A stretch of DNA of 64,000 nucleotides from the human T2T-CHM13v2.0 reference genome, Homo sapiens. A program made the position numbers and the translations under genes. Location of the stretch: assembly GCF_009914755.1 (NCBI RefSeq), contig NC_060927.1; one strand, written 5' to 3'. A model generated the notes under the pieces. That model had not been told where the DNA came from, made no database searches, and worked only from the letters and a program-made list of their open reading frames with translations. Every line of letters begins with the position of its first letter. Position 1 is the first letter of the stretch. This document shows positions 1 to 49,896 of this stretch, piece after piece.

Positions 1-138
1 CCAGTTGTCTTGGTAGGAAAGAGCTGGATGGAAGAAGGGAGGAAATGGAAAGGCCCCCTGCAGGCATGGGAAACTGGGAGAACGAGTGAGAAAGTGCTGA
101 AGGGTGCAAACTAGGTTGGGTAACATGGGTTTGGGAGG

Positions 139-1049
139 TGTCATGAGTTGAGTGATATCACTCCCAAATAGATATGGTAAGGCCGTAACCCCTACTGCCT
201 GTGTCTGTTAGGCCATTCTTGCACTGCAATAAAGAAATACTTGAGACTGCGTAATTTATAAGAAAAGAGGTTTAACTGGCTCACAGTTCTGCAGGCTGTC
301 CAGGAAGCACAGCAGCATCTGCTTCTTGGGAGGCCTCAGGAAACTAACAGTCATGGCAGAAGGCAAAGGGGGAGCAGGCTTATCACAGGGTAAGAATGGG
401 AGCAAGAGCAAGAGAATGGGTGGGCAAGGTGCCACATACTTTTAAGTGACCAGATCTTGTGAGATCTTACTATCTTGAAGATAGCACCAAGCCATGAGGG
501 ATCCGCCATCATCCAAATACCTCCCATCAGGCCTCACTTCCAGCATTGGGGATTAAAATTCAACATGAGATTTGGGCGGCGACAAATATCTAAATTATAT
601 CACTGTGAATGTGTCCTTATTTGGAAATAGGGTCTTTGCAGATGTATTCAAATTAAGACGAGGTCATTACGGTGAACACTAATTCAATTAATTCAACATG
701 ACTGGTATCCTTATTAGAGGGCAACATTTGGACATAGAGACAGACTCTCACAGAGGGAAAGCAGTGCAGACACGGGATAATACAGCCCTGCGAGGGGCCA
801 CGTGGTGACGGGATGGAGGCAGAGAGATTGGAGTTGGGTTGTCAGAAGCCAGGGAACATCTGAGGCTGCCAGAAGCTGGAAGAGGAAAGGAAAGATCTTC
901 CTCTGAGGCTTCCAAGGGAGCATGGTCCTGCCAACACCTTGATCTTGGACTTCTAGCCTCCAGAACTGTGAGACAATGAATTTCTCACAGTTGTTTGAAG
1001 CCACTCCATTTGTGACATTTTGTTGTGAGAGCCCTAGGAAACTGATACA
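139..1049 (+). mobile_element. MaLR solo LTR (MLT1-like), interrupted by an MST LTR
   Basis: TG...CA ends; ccttatttggaaatagggtctttgcagatgt and cctccagaactgtgagacaat motifs. Confidence 0.8.
204..602 (-). mobile_element. MST-type MaLR solo LTR
   Basis: gtaatttataagaaaagaggtttaa...ggctcacagttctgcaggctg; 5-bp TSD ctgtg at 199-203 and 603-607. Confidence 0.85.
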
Positions 1050-1629
1050 GGGGGTGATGTGGGGTTTAGGGAACCAATACAAAAAAAAAAAAAGAAAAAC
1101 ATTAAAAGACTTCATTGGGAAACCCAGTATGTATAATGTGATAGCATTTATTCATCTATGTAAAATTACAACATAACATATGCATATGTATAAAGAAATT
1201 CAAATTAAAAATAGAAAATGAAGAAGAAAAATATCTTCCCCATGTTTTCAGCCAAGTAGAGATTCATTCATTTGGATTCACAGGCATCTATTTTAAAACA
1301 CAAACATCCCTTGAGATCGTTAACTGGAAGAGTTCATTACATTTCATGTAAAGTTTTGTAATTAGCTAATCAAAATACTTAGCTCTTAATGCTCAGCAGA
1401 AACCAGTATAGAGGGCCTTCAAATTTTTGCTTAGGAGGAATGCAAGGGCTGTAGTATCTCAGTATGATTAACTTAACCAGGAGTTCAATATTTTTTTAGG
1501 ACTAATTCTATTTTAAAAATTTCCCTTGTTATTTGGCTTGTTAAAAATTCTACTATATTTGTTAGGCCGTGTGACCTGATCCTTTGTTAGAAGCACGTAA
1601 AGTTTGGAGAACTCTGTAGAATGAAAACC

Positions 1630-1945
1630 TGGCCAGGCACAGTGGCTCATGCCTGTAATCCCAGCACTTTGGGAGAATTGCTTGAGGCCAGGAGTTCAAG
1701 ACTAACCTGGGCAACATAATGAGACCCCATCTCTACCTACCCCCAATTTTTTTTTAATCAGTCAGGCATGGTGACTCACACCTATAGTCCTAGCTACTTG
1801 GGAGGCTGAGGCTAGAGGATCACTTGGTCCTACACATTTGAAGCTGCAGTGAGCTATGATCATGCCACTGCATTCTACCTGGGATGACAGAGTGAGAGTC
1901 TATCTCTGGAAAAAAAAAAAAAAAAAGAAAGAAAGAAAGAAAAAT
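1630..1945 (+). mobile_element. Alu (old, J-like)
   Basis: Alu dimer with A/GAAA tail. Confidence 0.9.
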
Positions 1946-2534
1946 AAAACCTAAATAGTGTTCCTCAGTAAGAGTGCTTTAGACAACAAAGGGACAGGCG
2001 AAGGCCAAGTGTCACCTATGGGAGAGTGGCAGTGGTTACTGCCATGGGAAAAGGGAAAATAAGGTGAGAGAAAAATTTTGCCGAGTTTCATCATTATGAA
2101 AACTGCTTCTTGATACCGTTTAATGTCATTTGGCTATTACCGTTTTGACTTGCCAGTATCTGTATTGCTAGTTAACAAACTGTTGCAAAAATGCAACTGC
2201 TGATACAACGGATCCTGCATCCTAATTCATCCTAATTCTCTGACCCCAAATTTAGTTTGGTCCCACGCTTGGGTAGGTTGTACTCTCTTTTTTGGTTGAT
2301 TCTACTAGTAACAATTTCTGAATCTTTACGCCAAAGTACTTTCCTTTCACTTCTCCTCAAACTAGAGATGTGTGTGGATGTGTGTCCAGCATGAGGGGTG
2401 AGGCAACGGTCACTGAGGAGAAAGTTTGAAATGGCCTGCAGCAAGCAAAAAGTTTGGGATTTTTCCAAAAATTATTTAAATTTTACATTCTACTCAGTGC
2501 TTTATCAGTGTTTGTTTTAACATTAAAATGTTTT

Positions 2535-2858
<324 letters not shown>

Positions 2859-3387
2859 TCATTGACTTTCCTATTAGGTTAATTCCCTTTCTCCATATGC
2901 CCCTCTCTTCTGTCTTTGAGCAAAAAAGAGGCTCTGTAAGAAGATATGCCATGTTATGTGCTGTAGCTTAGAGGACCTCCTTTCTTTGGCCACCTCCTTT
3001 GTCGTATCCCAGGAGTACATACACTGCAGCTCAAGGGGCATAAAGCTGGCACTGGACATAGGAGCTCAAACCCCAGGAGTGACTTAAGGAGCACAGGAAA
3101 TGGGAGTAAGTAAGTCAGTACAGAGAACATTCCAGCGATCTGCTGCTGATGCCCAGCTCTCTTAAGGCCTCTTAAGGAACTCTCAGAAGTGCTACAAGCC
3201 CATCAGACCTGGGCTCACAGCTGAGGTCATCTCAGCTTCTAGCCTAATCAAGATGTAGGACTGGTCTTTGGCAAAACTTTGAAGGAGGCAAAGTGTAGCT
3301 TCCTCCTGTTGATTCTGCTTTTGAATTGTTGTATAAGACTGCTCTTCCCCAAAGTGCTCATTCTTCAGATATTTGTCCTTGTCTCAG

Positions 3388-3823
3388 TGTTTTAGTCTAT
3401 TTTGTGCTGCTATAAAGGAATACCTAAGCCTGCGTAATTTATTTAAAAAAAAAATGGTTCGCAGTTTTGCAGGCTTACAAAAAGCATGGCACCAGCAACT
3501 GCTTGGCTTCTGGTGAGGGTATCAGGCTGCTTCCACTCATGGCAGAAGGTGAAGGAGAGTCTGTACAGAGATCATGTGGAAAGAGAGTAGGAAAGGTGTG
3601 GGGGTTGGGAGTGGGAGGTGTCAAGTTCTTTTTAACAATGATCTCCTGTGGGAACTAAGAGAGTGAGAACTCACTCACAGCCTCCCACTCCCAAGGAGGC
3701 CATTAATCTATTCATGAAGGATCTGCCACCATGACCCAAACACCTCCCATTAGGCCCCAACTGCAACATTGAGAATCCAATTTCAACATGAGGTTTGGAG
3801 GGGACAAATACCCAAACCATAGT
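3388..3823 (-). mobile_element. MST-type MaLR LTR
   Basis: gctataaaggaatacct...tttcaacatgaggtttggaggggacaaat. Confidence 0.8.
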
Positions 3824-3968
3824 GACTAGTTCCTAACACCATTCAACTCTTACCATAGATATTTGCCTCTCCTCTTTACCATTTCCAGGCAATGCCTGCT
3901 GAGATAGGCTTTTAAATAGTAGGATTTTAGAAGAGATTTCATTTAAGCATTATGTAGATGGATGAATA

Positions 3969-4978
<1,010 letters not shown>

Positions 4979-5059
4979 ATAAAGGATACATTTAGAGACA
5001 AGCAAGCTTTCAGAATCCTTCAAATTGTACTGGGAAAGCAGCTTCTCTTCATCACCTCC

Positions 5060-5690
<631 letters not shown>

Positions 5691-5699
5691 TGTTACATA

Positions 5700-7013
<1,314 letters not shown>

Positions 7014-7799
7014 TGCCTCTTTTTCAAGGGCTCTGTGAAGATTCAGTGTGAGCATTTAATGTGAGGATTCAGATTTTCTTTTTCTCCCACACTCCTGTGA
7101 GTCAGACACATCCATAATGATGAAAGCCTTTTGTAATGTGACTTAAGACTGGGAAGAATATAAACACTCTCTTTTAGTATTAACAAAGAGAGTATTGACC
7201 ATTAAAATATAAAAAGTCTGATTGCCTGCAGATGTGCCAACCTGAGACCAGACCGCCACAAAGACTTACTGATACTTGTCTCCTCCCCCATCTTCCTTCC
7301 AGCAGTGGAACCAGAAAGAATGTCTGGCTCCTAGGCTGGTGGCTGGACAGCAGAGGAGGTGAGTGAAGAGCTTGGGAGTGAAGAGATAAAAGGAGTGGAC
7401 ACAGCTCAAATGTGGACAGCACCCTGGAAGATACTCTTAGCCAGCCATGGAGGTGACCATGTAATGTGGTCCCACTGTCCAGGATAAAAGGTCCCCTGAA
7501 CAGAACTAGAGATAAGTTGAAAGGACTAGAGAAGCTACCTCCAAGTTTCTGATACCTTTGCACTCATTTCTTAGTTCTATGGACTCTGTGAGAGTTAGAA
7601 TATAATACTTGAACTTAAGTAAAAGTCCTAAATTCGTATTTCTCAGAATTTCATGGGTGTGGTTTATAGGCTAAGAGTAAAATCATTTGAAATGGACTTA
7701 TTCCTCCACAGTAAGTGTCTTAATACTGGAGTTACATATATAGAACACCGAATAGTATACCTGGCATATAACAAGTTTTCAGAACATGAAAAAATATTG

Positions 7800-12680
<4,881 letters not shown>

Positions 12681-12785
12681 AGGCAGGGACACAGGTGGAG
12701 CCATGGGTAGGCTGTGTGGGGAGAGCCAGGCCAGGCAGGACCCCAGGCAGGGTCCTCTAGTATGCTAGTCAGCATGAGGAGATAG

Positions 12786-13045
12786 CAGGACACAGTAGCT
12801 GATGCCTGTAATCCTAGCACTTTGGGAAGCCAAGGAAGGAGGACTGCTTGAGCCCAGGAGTGTGAGACCAACCTGGGCAATATATAGAGACCCTGTCTCT
12901 ACAACAACAACAATAACAAATTAGCAGGGCGTGGTGGTGGTGGTGCATGCCTGTAGTTCACAGTGAGCTGTGATCATGCCACTGCACTCCAGTCTGGGTG
13001 ACACAGCGAGACCCTGTCTCAATTTTAAAAAATAAATAAATAAAG
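12786..13045 (+). mobile_element. Alu (J-like, internal deletion)
   Basis: Alu motifs; right arm shortened. Confidence 0.85.
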
Positions 13046-13397
13046 AAGAAGAACGTGAAACAAATAAGGAGATAAAAGAATTCAACTCAGAGCCTGAGAA
13101 ATTCAGCTCAGTTCCAGGCAGCTGGAGCATACCAGAGTAAGGGGACCAAGTCCCAGGCAGCAGCTACCCCCAACTCTACTTTGGTTTTGAGCAGTTTTCC
13201 TGACATAGATGGAAAAAGAACAAGCAGGCCCATCCACGTACTAGAGAAGTCAGAAGAATATTAGGTTTTCTGGAAATAAAAAACAAAAACAAAAAAACAG
13301 TTCCTATGAGTTCTGGGGCTATTTTAAAAAAGTGAGCCATTCCTTTTTTTTTTTTTTTTGAGATGAAGCCTCCCTCTGTCGCCCAGGCTGCAGTGCA

Positions 13398-13726
13398 GAA
13401 GTTGGATTACTTGATATGTACTGGAGATTGAGGCCTGCAGCTGCAGTTGCCCGCTATTTCAGGCATACAATTCATCTTGTAAACAGATGACATAAATCTA
13501 CAGTGTCTATAAATACATTTACAGTACTGTAAACGTATTTTTCTCTTCCTTAAGATTTTTTTAATTACATTTTCTTTTCTCTAGGTTAATTTATTGTAAG
13601 AATACAGTACAAGCATATAAAATATGTGTTAATCAACTATTTACATTATCCATAAATAGTCATCAGAAAGCTGTTAGTAGTTAACTTAGGCTAACCCTAA
13701 CCCCTGCATTGTTCAAGGGTCAACTG
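13398..13726 (+). mobile_element. Tigger2-like DNA transposon, 3' part (preceded by Alu tail fragment 13344-13398)
   Basis: Transposase HTH remnant EVGLLDMYWRLRPAAAVARYF; TIR ttgttcaagggtcaactg + TA. Confidence 0.8.
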
Positions 13727-14011
13727 TAGTTCTTACAGCTATTAAAAGCATCAGAGTTGTTCCCATTGTGCCAATTGGGCTGTAGTAAGAAACACAGAGT
13801 AGCAATGCTCCTGGAAGTTTTTGGTGTCTGTCTCCAGGGACATACAAACAAAGAGATTCTGAAGGATTCCACATGATATCCCTTCTGAAAGGTTCTTGAG
13901 TAACACTTGAGAGTAACATTTGTGAGTGTGTTGGTTTTCCCCAAGAAAGCTTATTTTTAGAAATTTTACCTAAACTTGCTCTATTTTACATTATTATCAC
14001 TAAGATCATAA

Positions 14012-14627
<616 letters not shown>

Positions 14628-14711
14628 CCAGCCTAATATTATTTTTTAAACTGTGGTTTATTGCAAGCTGCTGACCCTGAGCATACAACAGGAATAAAGC
14701 AAAGAAAACTA

Positions 14712-15177
<466 letters not shown>

Positions 15178-15455
15178 TTTAAACTTTTATACTAAGAAAA
15201 GCTTTTACAATCCCAGGTTGAGGTTTTAGTCCTTAGGCTAACATTTCGGTACATATTACATCAGGCTTTTTTCCTTTGCTTATATTATCTGCTTATCTAT
15301 ATAAAGATATAGATATAATTTTACATATAGACATATATAACTATATTTTAATATATAATTACATGTAGTTACACACATAATATATAATAATTATATATAA
15401 TTATGTAGTTACACACAGTTTTATTTGTATAATTTTTACACATAACTTTTAATAA

Positions 15456-15789
<334 letters not shown>

Positions 15790-15790
15790 T

Positions 15791-16442
<652 letters not shown>

Positions 16443-17086
16443 TATATGGAATGATCACAGGTTCTACTTGTAAATTATTCTTCTTGCTTTTGTCATCCAG
16501 TCTAGAGTCCCTATGTGCTTCTGGATCTGGCATACCACAGATAGTACAGAGGCTTTTAAATCCCTGTGGGAGTTTATCAAAGTCTGACAGTTGATATCCA
16601 AGGTGAGTGATCCTAGAGTATCATAACATGATTCTCTAGGTTATATGAGGTAAGGGGAGGAGTGGCAAGGAGAGTGTGCACTCAACAATGCTAACTTCGT
16701 AATATCAAGTAGGCACGATAGGCTGATTATGGCCTAATTTAATGCTCAAATTCTTCAATAATTTAGTTTTTCCTTCTGGATTATGACCATTTGGGGAGCA
16801 GGTTTTATTAGAAATTAACAAACACAATAGTAAGCTTAAATATAGGCTTTCGTCCAGTCAGTTTAGGTAGAGCTGGTAACTGGCATTTATTTGAATAATT
16901 TTGCAAAGACCAATGATTTTCATAACTAATAATTAATCCCTTCTCATTTGTATAGTGGTTAGTAAGAGGGGGAAAATAAAAATAATAATCTCCCTGCTTC
17001 TCATAGATTTTTCCTAAAAAAAAAAAAAAAAAAAAGAAAGAAAAAAACTTTCCCACCTCCCTCCACCTCCTGCTTAAAAAAAATAA

Positions 17087-17443
<357 letters not shown>

Positions 17444-17969
17444 CTATAACCAATCCCTGGTTAGAAATGTAGCGCATACTACATGTTAGGTGTGGCAAAT
17501 GACTTTTCTTTTGTTTACTATTGTTTTAATCATGTGTCAGGGTGGAGAGAAACAACTTTAAATGGAAGAAGGAATTGTGTAGTCACCACCCACATCTTCT
17601 CAAGCATTGGTGGAAGCCTCAGCCTAAGTGGATATTTGGGATCCATTCTTCAAGTAGCAACTGGAATGTGCTAGCAGCCACTTTCACATTAATGGGAGAA
17701 CTGTTATAGCCCTTGAGTGAAAGCATGGCTTATTTCACCTAGTTTCCCTGGTGCCAGGCTTAGAGCAGAAGGTCAAAAAGTTAGCAGATCAGAAGTTTTG
17801 CTTGTAAATTATTCTGCTTCTTTTTTCATCCAGTCTTAGAGCCCCCCAAAATGCACTCTTGGATCTGGTGCACTGTTGTTGGTACGAACAGTAAATCACA
17901 GGCTCTACCTAAACAGCTAATGAATGAACAAAACATCTTATATAAAAGCTCCATCTTAACAGAAGTTTA

Positions 17970-18600
17970 AAAAAGTTCTGTGTTGGTGAGAGTTGGAGGA
18001 AAAAGTGTACTCCCAAACATATTATTGGGGAAATGTAAATTGTTTAAGTCCTGTGTAATTTGGCAATGACCATTACAATTAAAAATGTATATACCCTGTG
18101 ACCCAGCAAAGTCTCTTCTGCTAATTCATCCTGCACAAAAACTCTCATATATGCGCAAAGAAAAGAATAGTCATTACAGCATTCTTTGTAATAGTAAAAG
18201 ACTAGAAACAACTTAAATGTCTCTTCAATAGAGAACTGGTGAAATAAATCATGGCATATACAGGTAATAGAATTCTGTGCTGATGTTAAAAGGAATAAGA
18301 ATTATACAGGTTGACATGGACTGACCTCCAAGATAATACTGTTAAGTAAACAAAGTCAAGTACAAAATCACTTGTTCAGTTATGTAAATAACAATAATGG
18401 GGGGAAGGAATATAAATATATGTTTCTATTTGAAAAGACTATCTCTGGAAGGTTACATAAGAAACTGGTAACAGTAGTTCAATTTGGGGAGAGGAACTGA
18501 GGAATTGGGAGGATTGAAAGAGGAGAAAGGGAGCTTTGTTTTTCACTGTTGTGTCATTTCAGTTTCTAGCCGTATGTATACCATTTAAAATTATTAAAAT
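17970..18600 (+). mobile_element. Ancient L1 3' fragment
   Basis: gtaatagtaaaagactagaaacaacttaaatgtc...aaataaatcatggcatata. Confidence 0.65.
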
Positions 18601-18651
18601 AAAAATGTCCAAAGTAAATATTTTAAAATTGATTTCCAAAAAGAATAATGC

Positions 18652-19262
<611 letters not shown>

Positions 19263-19579
19263 GAGAATGCTTCTTAAAGATCCCTAGTGTATTGTGAGTT
19301 ACATTTGGATCAGAAAAAATAGAGAAGGGGGAATATATCTACATAATCAGTTGTATAAGCATAGAACCACCCTGAAGAGGAGACGGCTAGGGATACAGGT
19401 AAAAGGGAAGACTTAGTTCTCTGTATCTTTTTATACCTTTAGATTTACATACATGTCTGTGTATATACATATATAATATATACAGATTATATTATTATAT
19501 ATTATATATAATTGAAATGATTGTTTTTCAAGTTTACTAGAAGCATGGAAGTGGAAAGAGAAAGCTATCTTGAAGTAGA

Positions 19580-19780
19580 AACAGCATACTCAGTAGGTTC
19601 AGACAACTCTAGTTTCAAATCCTGACTCTCAATAGCTTTGTGATGTTGGGCAAGCTGGTAAATCTCTGGGCCTCTTCTGCCAAAACCCTCAGAAGGATAA
19701 GTCGATTAATGGAAAATATTGTATATAAAGCGTCTTTCCTATGATAGCACATAAAGTTCAGTAATTTGTGGTCATTATTA
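19580..19780 (+). mobile_element. MIR
   Basis: ttcaaatcctgactct...tgtgatgttgggcaag. Confidence 0.55.
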
Positions 19781-21294
19781 TCGTGTGGCCGATGAAATCC
19801 TTTCTATTCCAAAGCAGTTTCAAGTGTTCCAAAGAAGCCATCCTTAGCAAGAACCTTGGACTCAGGAGAGTATTGCTCCTCGAGCTGTGTAACAGCCTTA
19901 CAACATGGTGTTGCTACTGACCTAGATCAATGAGAAGCCCTGATTTGCCCAAAAGTGGCCCCAAGTGACACAGTGTCACTTTACAGCACCAGTTGATTAA
20001 ATGTTGGCATTGCTAACTCACATGGTGATTTTCCCCAAAAGCTATATTGAATGAACAAAGAAGAGGTTTTTTTTTTTTTTTAAAGATAATGAAATAACAA
20101 TATAGACTCGTACAACTCACCGAGAATTTAGCATCTCATCTTTTTTTCTTTACTTTCTTGTCTGTTCAGGACCATTGTTAATACCATAGCAAACCTATTA
20201 GTGTGTTATAAAGTTACCAGCTGTGACCAAACATACTTTTATTTGCTTCTTTATAGATCTAGGTTACATTATTGAAATGGATAGATCTCTTACTATTCTG
20301 ATGGCAAACATGTATGAATCTTACCAATCATATTTCTATTGTTGAAAAACCCTATATATGATACCAGGTATTTATCTTTTATCTCAGTAGTGCTTGGATG
20401 AGTGTTATACATTTGGAACTTCAGTACGCAAAGGATGGTGCTTACAATGACTCCTCATACACACAAAAATGTCTATTTTGAAAATTGCTTTTTACTACTG
20501 CCAACTTTATATATTTTGCAGCATGAAACAAAATAATTCTAAATGTACATAAATTTTTGTGTCATTTCTTCCTGACGGATGATAATTTTCTGAATTTGTT
20601 TCCTAGCTTGCATAAACAGCAGTTGCATTTTTTTTTCAATGCTGAACTTAATAAAAGCTGAGACAGAGGATAAGATATGTAACATTTTGTAATGACTGCT
20701 GAAATTCCATAACCTGAGTGCTGACAGGGCTGGTGAAGAAAGTAGAGAGGATCCAGCATCACAAGTCCTGGTGGATCATTACAAGAATGGACGACCAGCG
20801 ACCCAATGTGGCAAAGCCAATTGTTGCACCTGGGGCCACAGAAGAAATTCTTGATGCTTGGATATTACAAATGATTTTTGAAAGCCTCTTTATTTTTGTA
20901 AACTGGATTCGGAATCAACCACTGAGCACCTACTCTGGGCTAGATAAATTTATATACCTGTTACTTCAACATCTTTTGTTTTTAGGTTGACATACCTGAT
21001 ATATTGGTTCAGGGGGAAAATTGCAAGCATTGATAGTTTTGATATGCTGTGCCTTTGAGAACTGAAATAACAGACAATAACCTTGAGTTGTTGCAGTTTA
21101 ATCTGACTAGTTATTGACAACATTAATATAGGCTGAGCCAAGACTTTAGAGAAAACATGTTAGACAACAGGGGAGAAATATCACTACTCAAAAAACCCCA
21201 ACCCTCATATATTTTATATTTCATAAAGCAGATTTTGCTGGGTTAGTACTTTTGTTTTAATGTACTTTCAACTAGTTTTCCTAAGAATTGAAGA

Positions 21295-21540
21295 TTGGGA
21301 GGCCGAGGCAGGTGGATCTCTTGAGGCCAGGAGTTCAAGACCAGCCTGGCCAACATGGTGAAACTCCTTCTCTACTAAAAATACAAAAATTAGCTGGGCA
21401 TGGTGGCACATGCCTGTAGTCCCAACTACTGGGGAGGCTGAGGCAGGAGAATCACTTCAACCTGGGAGATGGAGGTTGCAGTGAGCCAAGACCATGCCAC
21501 TGCACTCCAGCCTGGGCTATAGAGCGAGACTCTGTTTTAC

Positions 21541-21568
<28 letters not shown>
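21295..21568 (+). mobile_element. Alu, 5'-truncated
   Basis: Starts at ttgggaggccgagg; long A tail. Confidence 0.93.
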
Positions 21569-21571
<3 letters not shown>

Positions 21572-22635
21572 ATAGAAAACAGCCATACTGTTAAGTCAAA
21601 GGAAATAACGTCATTAATATGGAGGATGCCCATCCACCGACATAGTTCTTTTAGAAGGCTGAATAGGTTTTCTTTCTGAACAATCTCATGCTCCAGCAAT
21701 TCAATATTTCAGGGCCAATAGTCTTAGTGTCCTATTACATTTTTTATTGATTAAAATTTATCAAAGGATTCACAAGTGTGCACTTTTATCTGTGTCAACA
21801 TGTGATTTGTCCTGAAACATCAGATGTAATGTGAAGTTTATTTCCTTTGAAATTCATTTCAATGGCTTATTATTAAATGAAGCCGTGGTTCCAATGGGAC
21901 ATCAAGAGATTCCAAGCCAACCTGATATTACAAATGAATGAACAAACAAATGATCTGTTTTCTAGTATTTTTCCAAATTATCAAATGGAGCAAAACCTGA
22001 CTTTAAGCAAAATCATCTGAGTGTCACTTCCATCTTCTTTGTGCTGTCAGATTTACAATTCTCCTGCACAGTTTGGTTACTCTGCACACGGTGCAGGACA
22101 GTTTTAAATCTGGGGAGGAGACAGTCCCATCTCAGGCTTTCCAGAGGCTAGAGGGCGTGGTCCTCATCATCAACCCTCTTGAACTGTTTTGTTTTAAGAT
22201 AAATGCTGAACAAGTGGAACAAATATTTTACTCTCTTTTAGACTAGATAGGTATTTTACTTCTAGGATATATTATCTTCAAACATGAGAGATGTTGGAGA
22301 TAGTATTGAAGAGAGATATCAATGTTCAGCGATATCAAAATCTAGTTAATTTGCTGTATATAAATTATTTGGCATTTAAATGCTACATTGATTTAAATGG
22401 ATAACTGTGTATTATAAACTCACAAATAGCATCTCTTCAATATTTAATTATTAGAAAACATCTCAATATTTTATACTCTTCAGCTACTAGTCAAAGACAT
22501 CATAAAAACATAGATTGGAAGAAGAAATATTTTGGGGATTTGATATGCAGCTACAGTGACAGCTATAATAATGGGGACAACAGTTAACATAGGGTACTTA
22601 TGCACGCTATGCTGGTTATATTACATGTGTTAGCT

Positions 22636-23350
22636 CAGGTCTGCAAACTCTTCTTGTAAAGGGTCCAGTAATAAATGTATTCTCCAGCTGAGTGGGACAC
22701 ATAGTCTCTGTCTCCCAACTACTCAACTCTACCCTTACAGAGCAAAATAGTCATAAATGAGTAAGTGTGGGCTGTGTCCTAATAAAACTTAGTTTAAGGT
22801 CACTGAAGTGTGAATTTCACATAGTTTTCACATCTCTCTCCTTCTTTCTTTTGTTTTCTTTTTTTCTTTTTTTTTTTTTTTTTCAGGGACTTGCTTTGTC
22901 ACCCAGGCTGGAGTGCAGTGGGGAGATCACGACTCACTGAAGCTTTGAACTCCCAGGCTCAAGCAATCCTCTCACCCTAGCCTCCAGAGTAGCTAGGGGG
23001 CATGCACCACCATACCCAGATAATTTTAAAATTTTTTGTAGAGACGGGGGTCTCCCTGTGTTGCCCAGGCTGGTCTTGAACTCCTGGCCTCAAGCGATCC
23101 TCCTGCTTGGACCTCCCAAAGTGCTAGGATTACAGCTGTGAGCCACCATGCCCAACCTGTCACATATTATTCTTTAAAATATTTTAAATAATAATTTAAA
23201 AACAGAAATAATCATTCTTAGCTCAAGGCCAAAAAAAAAAAAAAAAAAAGGCAGTCTTCCCACCTGCTTCCCCTTTTCCCCACCTCCCCTCCCCACCCCA
23301 CACACAAAAGACTGGATTTGGCCCTAGTGCCATAGTGTGCTGACACACAT
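22636..23350. mobile_element. MER58-like hAT element with Alu (22855-23158, -)
   Basis: caggtctgcaaactcttcttgtaaagggtccag...actggatttggccc. Confidence 0.7.
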
Positions 23351-23849
23351 CTGCATTATCTCACTGGGTTAATAGGGCTTTTCTAAATGGTCAGATACAC
23401 TGTGATTATATTGTCAAGTGAATGGGAAAGAGTTTTCCCGCTAGCCTTTTTTCCCACCCTACTGCCTCATCACTTTCTGCCACCCTCTGCCACTGAGACT
23501 GATGGGGTTTTAGTCAATCGTTTCTAAGGTTAAAAGTAGGCACTGCATGTCTAGACTCTAGACAAGGATCAATTACAAGGATAGGCAGCAATCTTAAGGG
23601 TTTGAGCGCTGGAGTGTCCTGATCGGGTTTGGGCGTTTTCACAGATGAAGCTCCCTTGATCAAGAGTGGCAAAGGGACACAGCAACAAGTTGTTGCAGTA
23701 ATCTGGGGATAAAGGAAGGTGATCTGGACTAGGCTGGTAGAAATAGGGGACTAAGGCTGTTTTTGGGATGCCTATTTAGGATTGGGTGCTTGCTTGAATG
23801 AAGATTGATTAGCTGTTTTAAATACCTCTCACAGGATAAAAGAAATTGA

Positions 23850-24129
<280 letters not shown>

Positions 24130-24931
24130 TGAAATTTTTTTTTTTTTTTAAAGAAATGAGTAAGTTTTTTAATAGTTTTTAAAGCGCTACCTAGGTTTAG
24201 CTGGGATACCGCATAATTTCATTCTTCTTTTACTTATTAATAACCATTTTAAAAACTGCAAGATCCTATCAATTTGTCTGATTTACTGATTCCCCTATCC
24301 CAAAGTGGAGCGCAAAATTTTTACTTTTTCAACATAAAAGTTAGTTTAAAATACTTTTTCTGAAGAAAAAAAGAAAGAAATCCGCATTCCCCACAGTCAC
24401 TGGACAGGAATCTCGGCGTGGAGACACCCGTTCAATTTCCAGGGGTCTACCTTCCCCTACCCGGGTTCCCGCCGCTCCTCAGCGCCCAGACGCACCTCCT
24501 AGTCCCGCCCCCATGCTTCTTCCAGCCTTCCTCCTTCTTCTCCCACTGCCTCCGCCCATTCCCTCGCCCACCCGGGAAGCTCCGCCCCCTCCAGCTCCGC
24601 AACCCAACTCCTTCTGTCCTGCTGTCGCTTTCCTCTTTCCCGCCCCCATGGCTGCCTTCGATTGGCTAAACCTGCTGGGCCGCGGCGGGGATGCGGCGCA
24701 GCCGCATTCTGATTGGCTAGACTTAGGCCTGGACCCTAGTGATTGGCTGATAGGAGGAGCCAGCAAGTGTGGCTGAGCTCCGGGGTGTGTGGACGCCGCT
24801 TTGTTGCCTGAGGTGGGTGGCGGTGGAAGTTAAGGGAGTCAGGGGCTATCGCTCCTCGAGACTCGCAGTCGCGGCCACTGCAGTCACTTCGCCAGTTAGC
24901 CCTTAGGGTAGGAGTCGCGCCGGCAGCAGCC

Positions 24932-49849
<24,918 letters not shown>

Positions 49850-49896
49850 GAAAGAGTTCCCAAGCTTCTACCTTCCTTTTGTCACCTTACGTTTCA

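Noticed and set aside
7180-7563. 127-aa minus-strand ORF in unique sequence
   Set aside because: No recognisable domain, non-ATG start, no splice support
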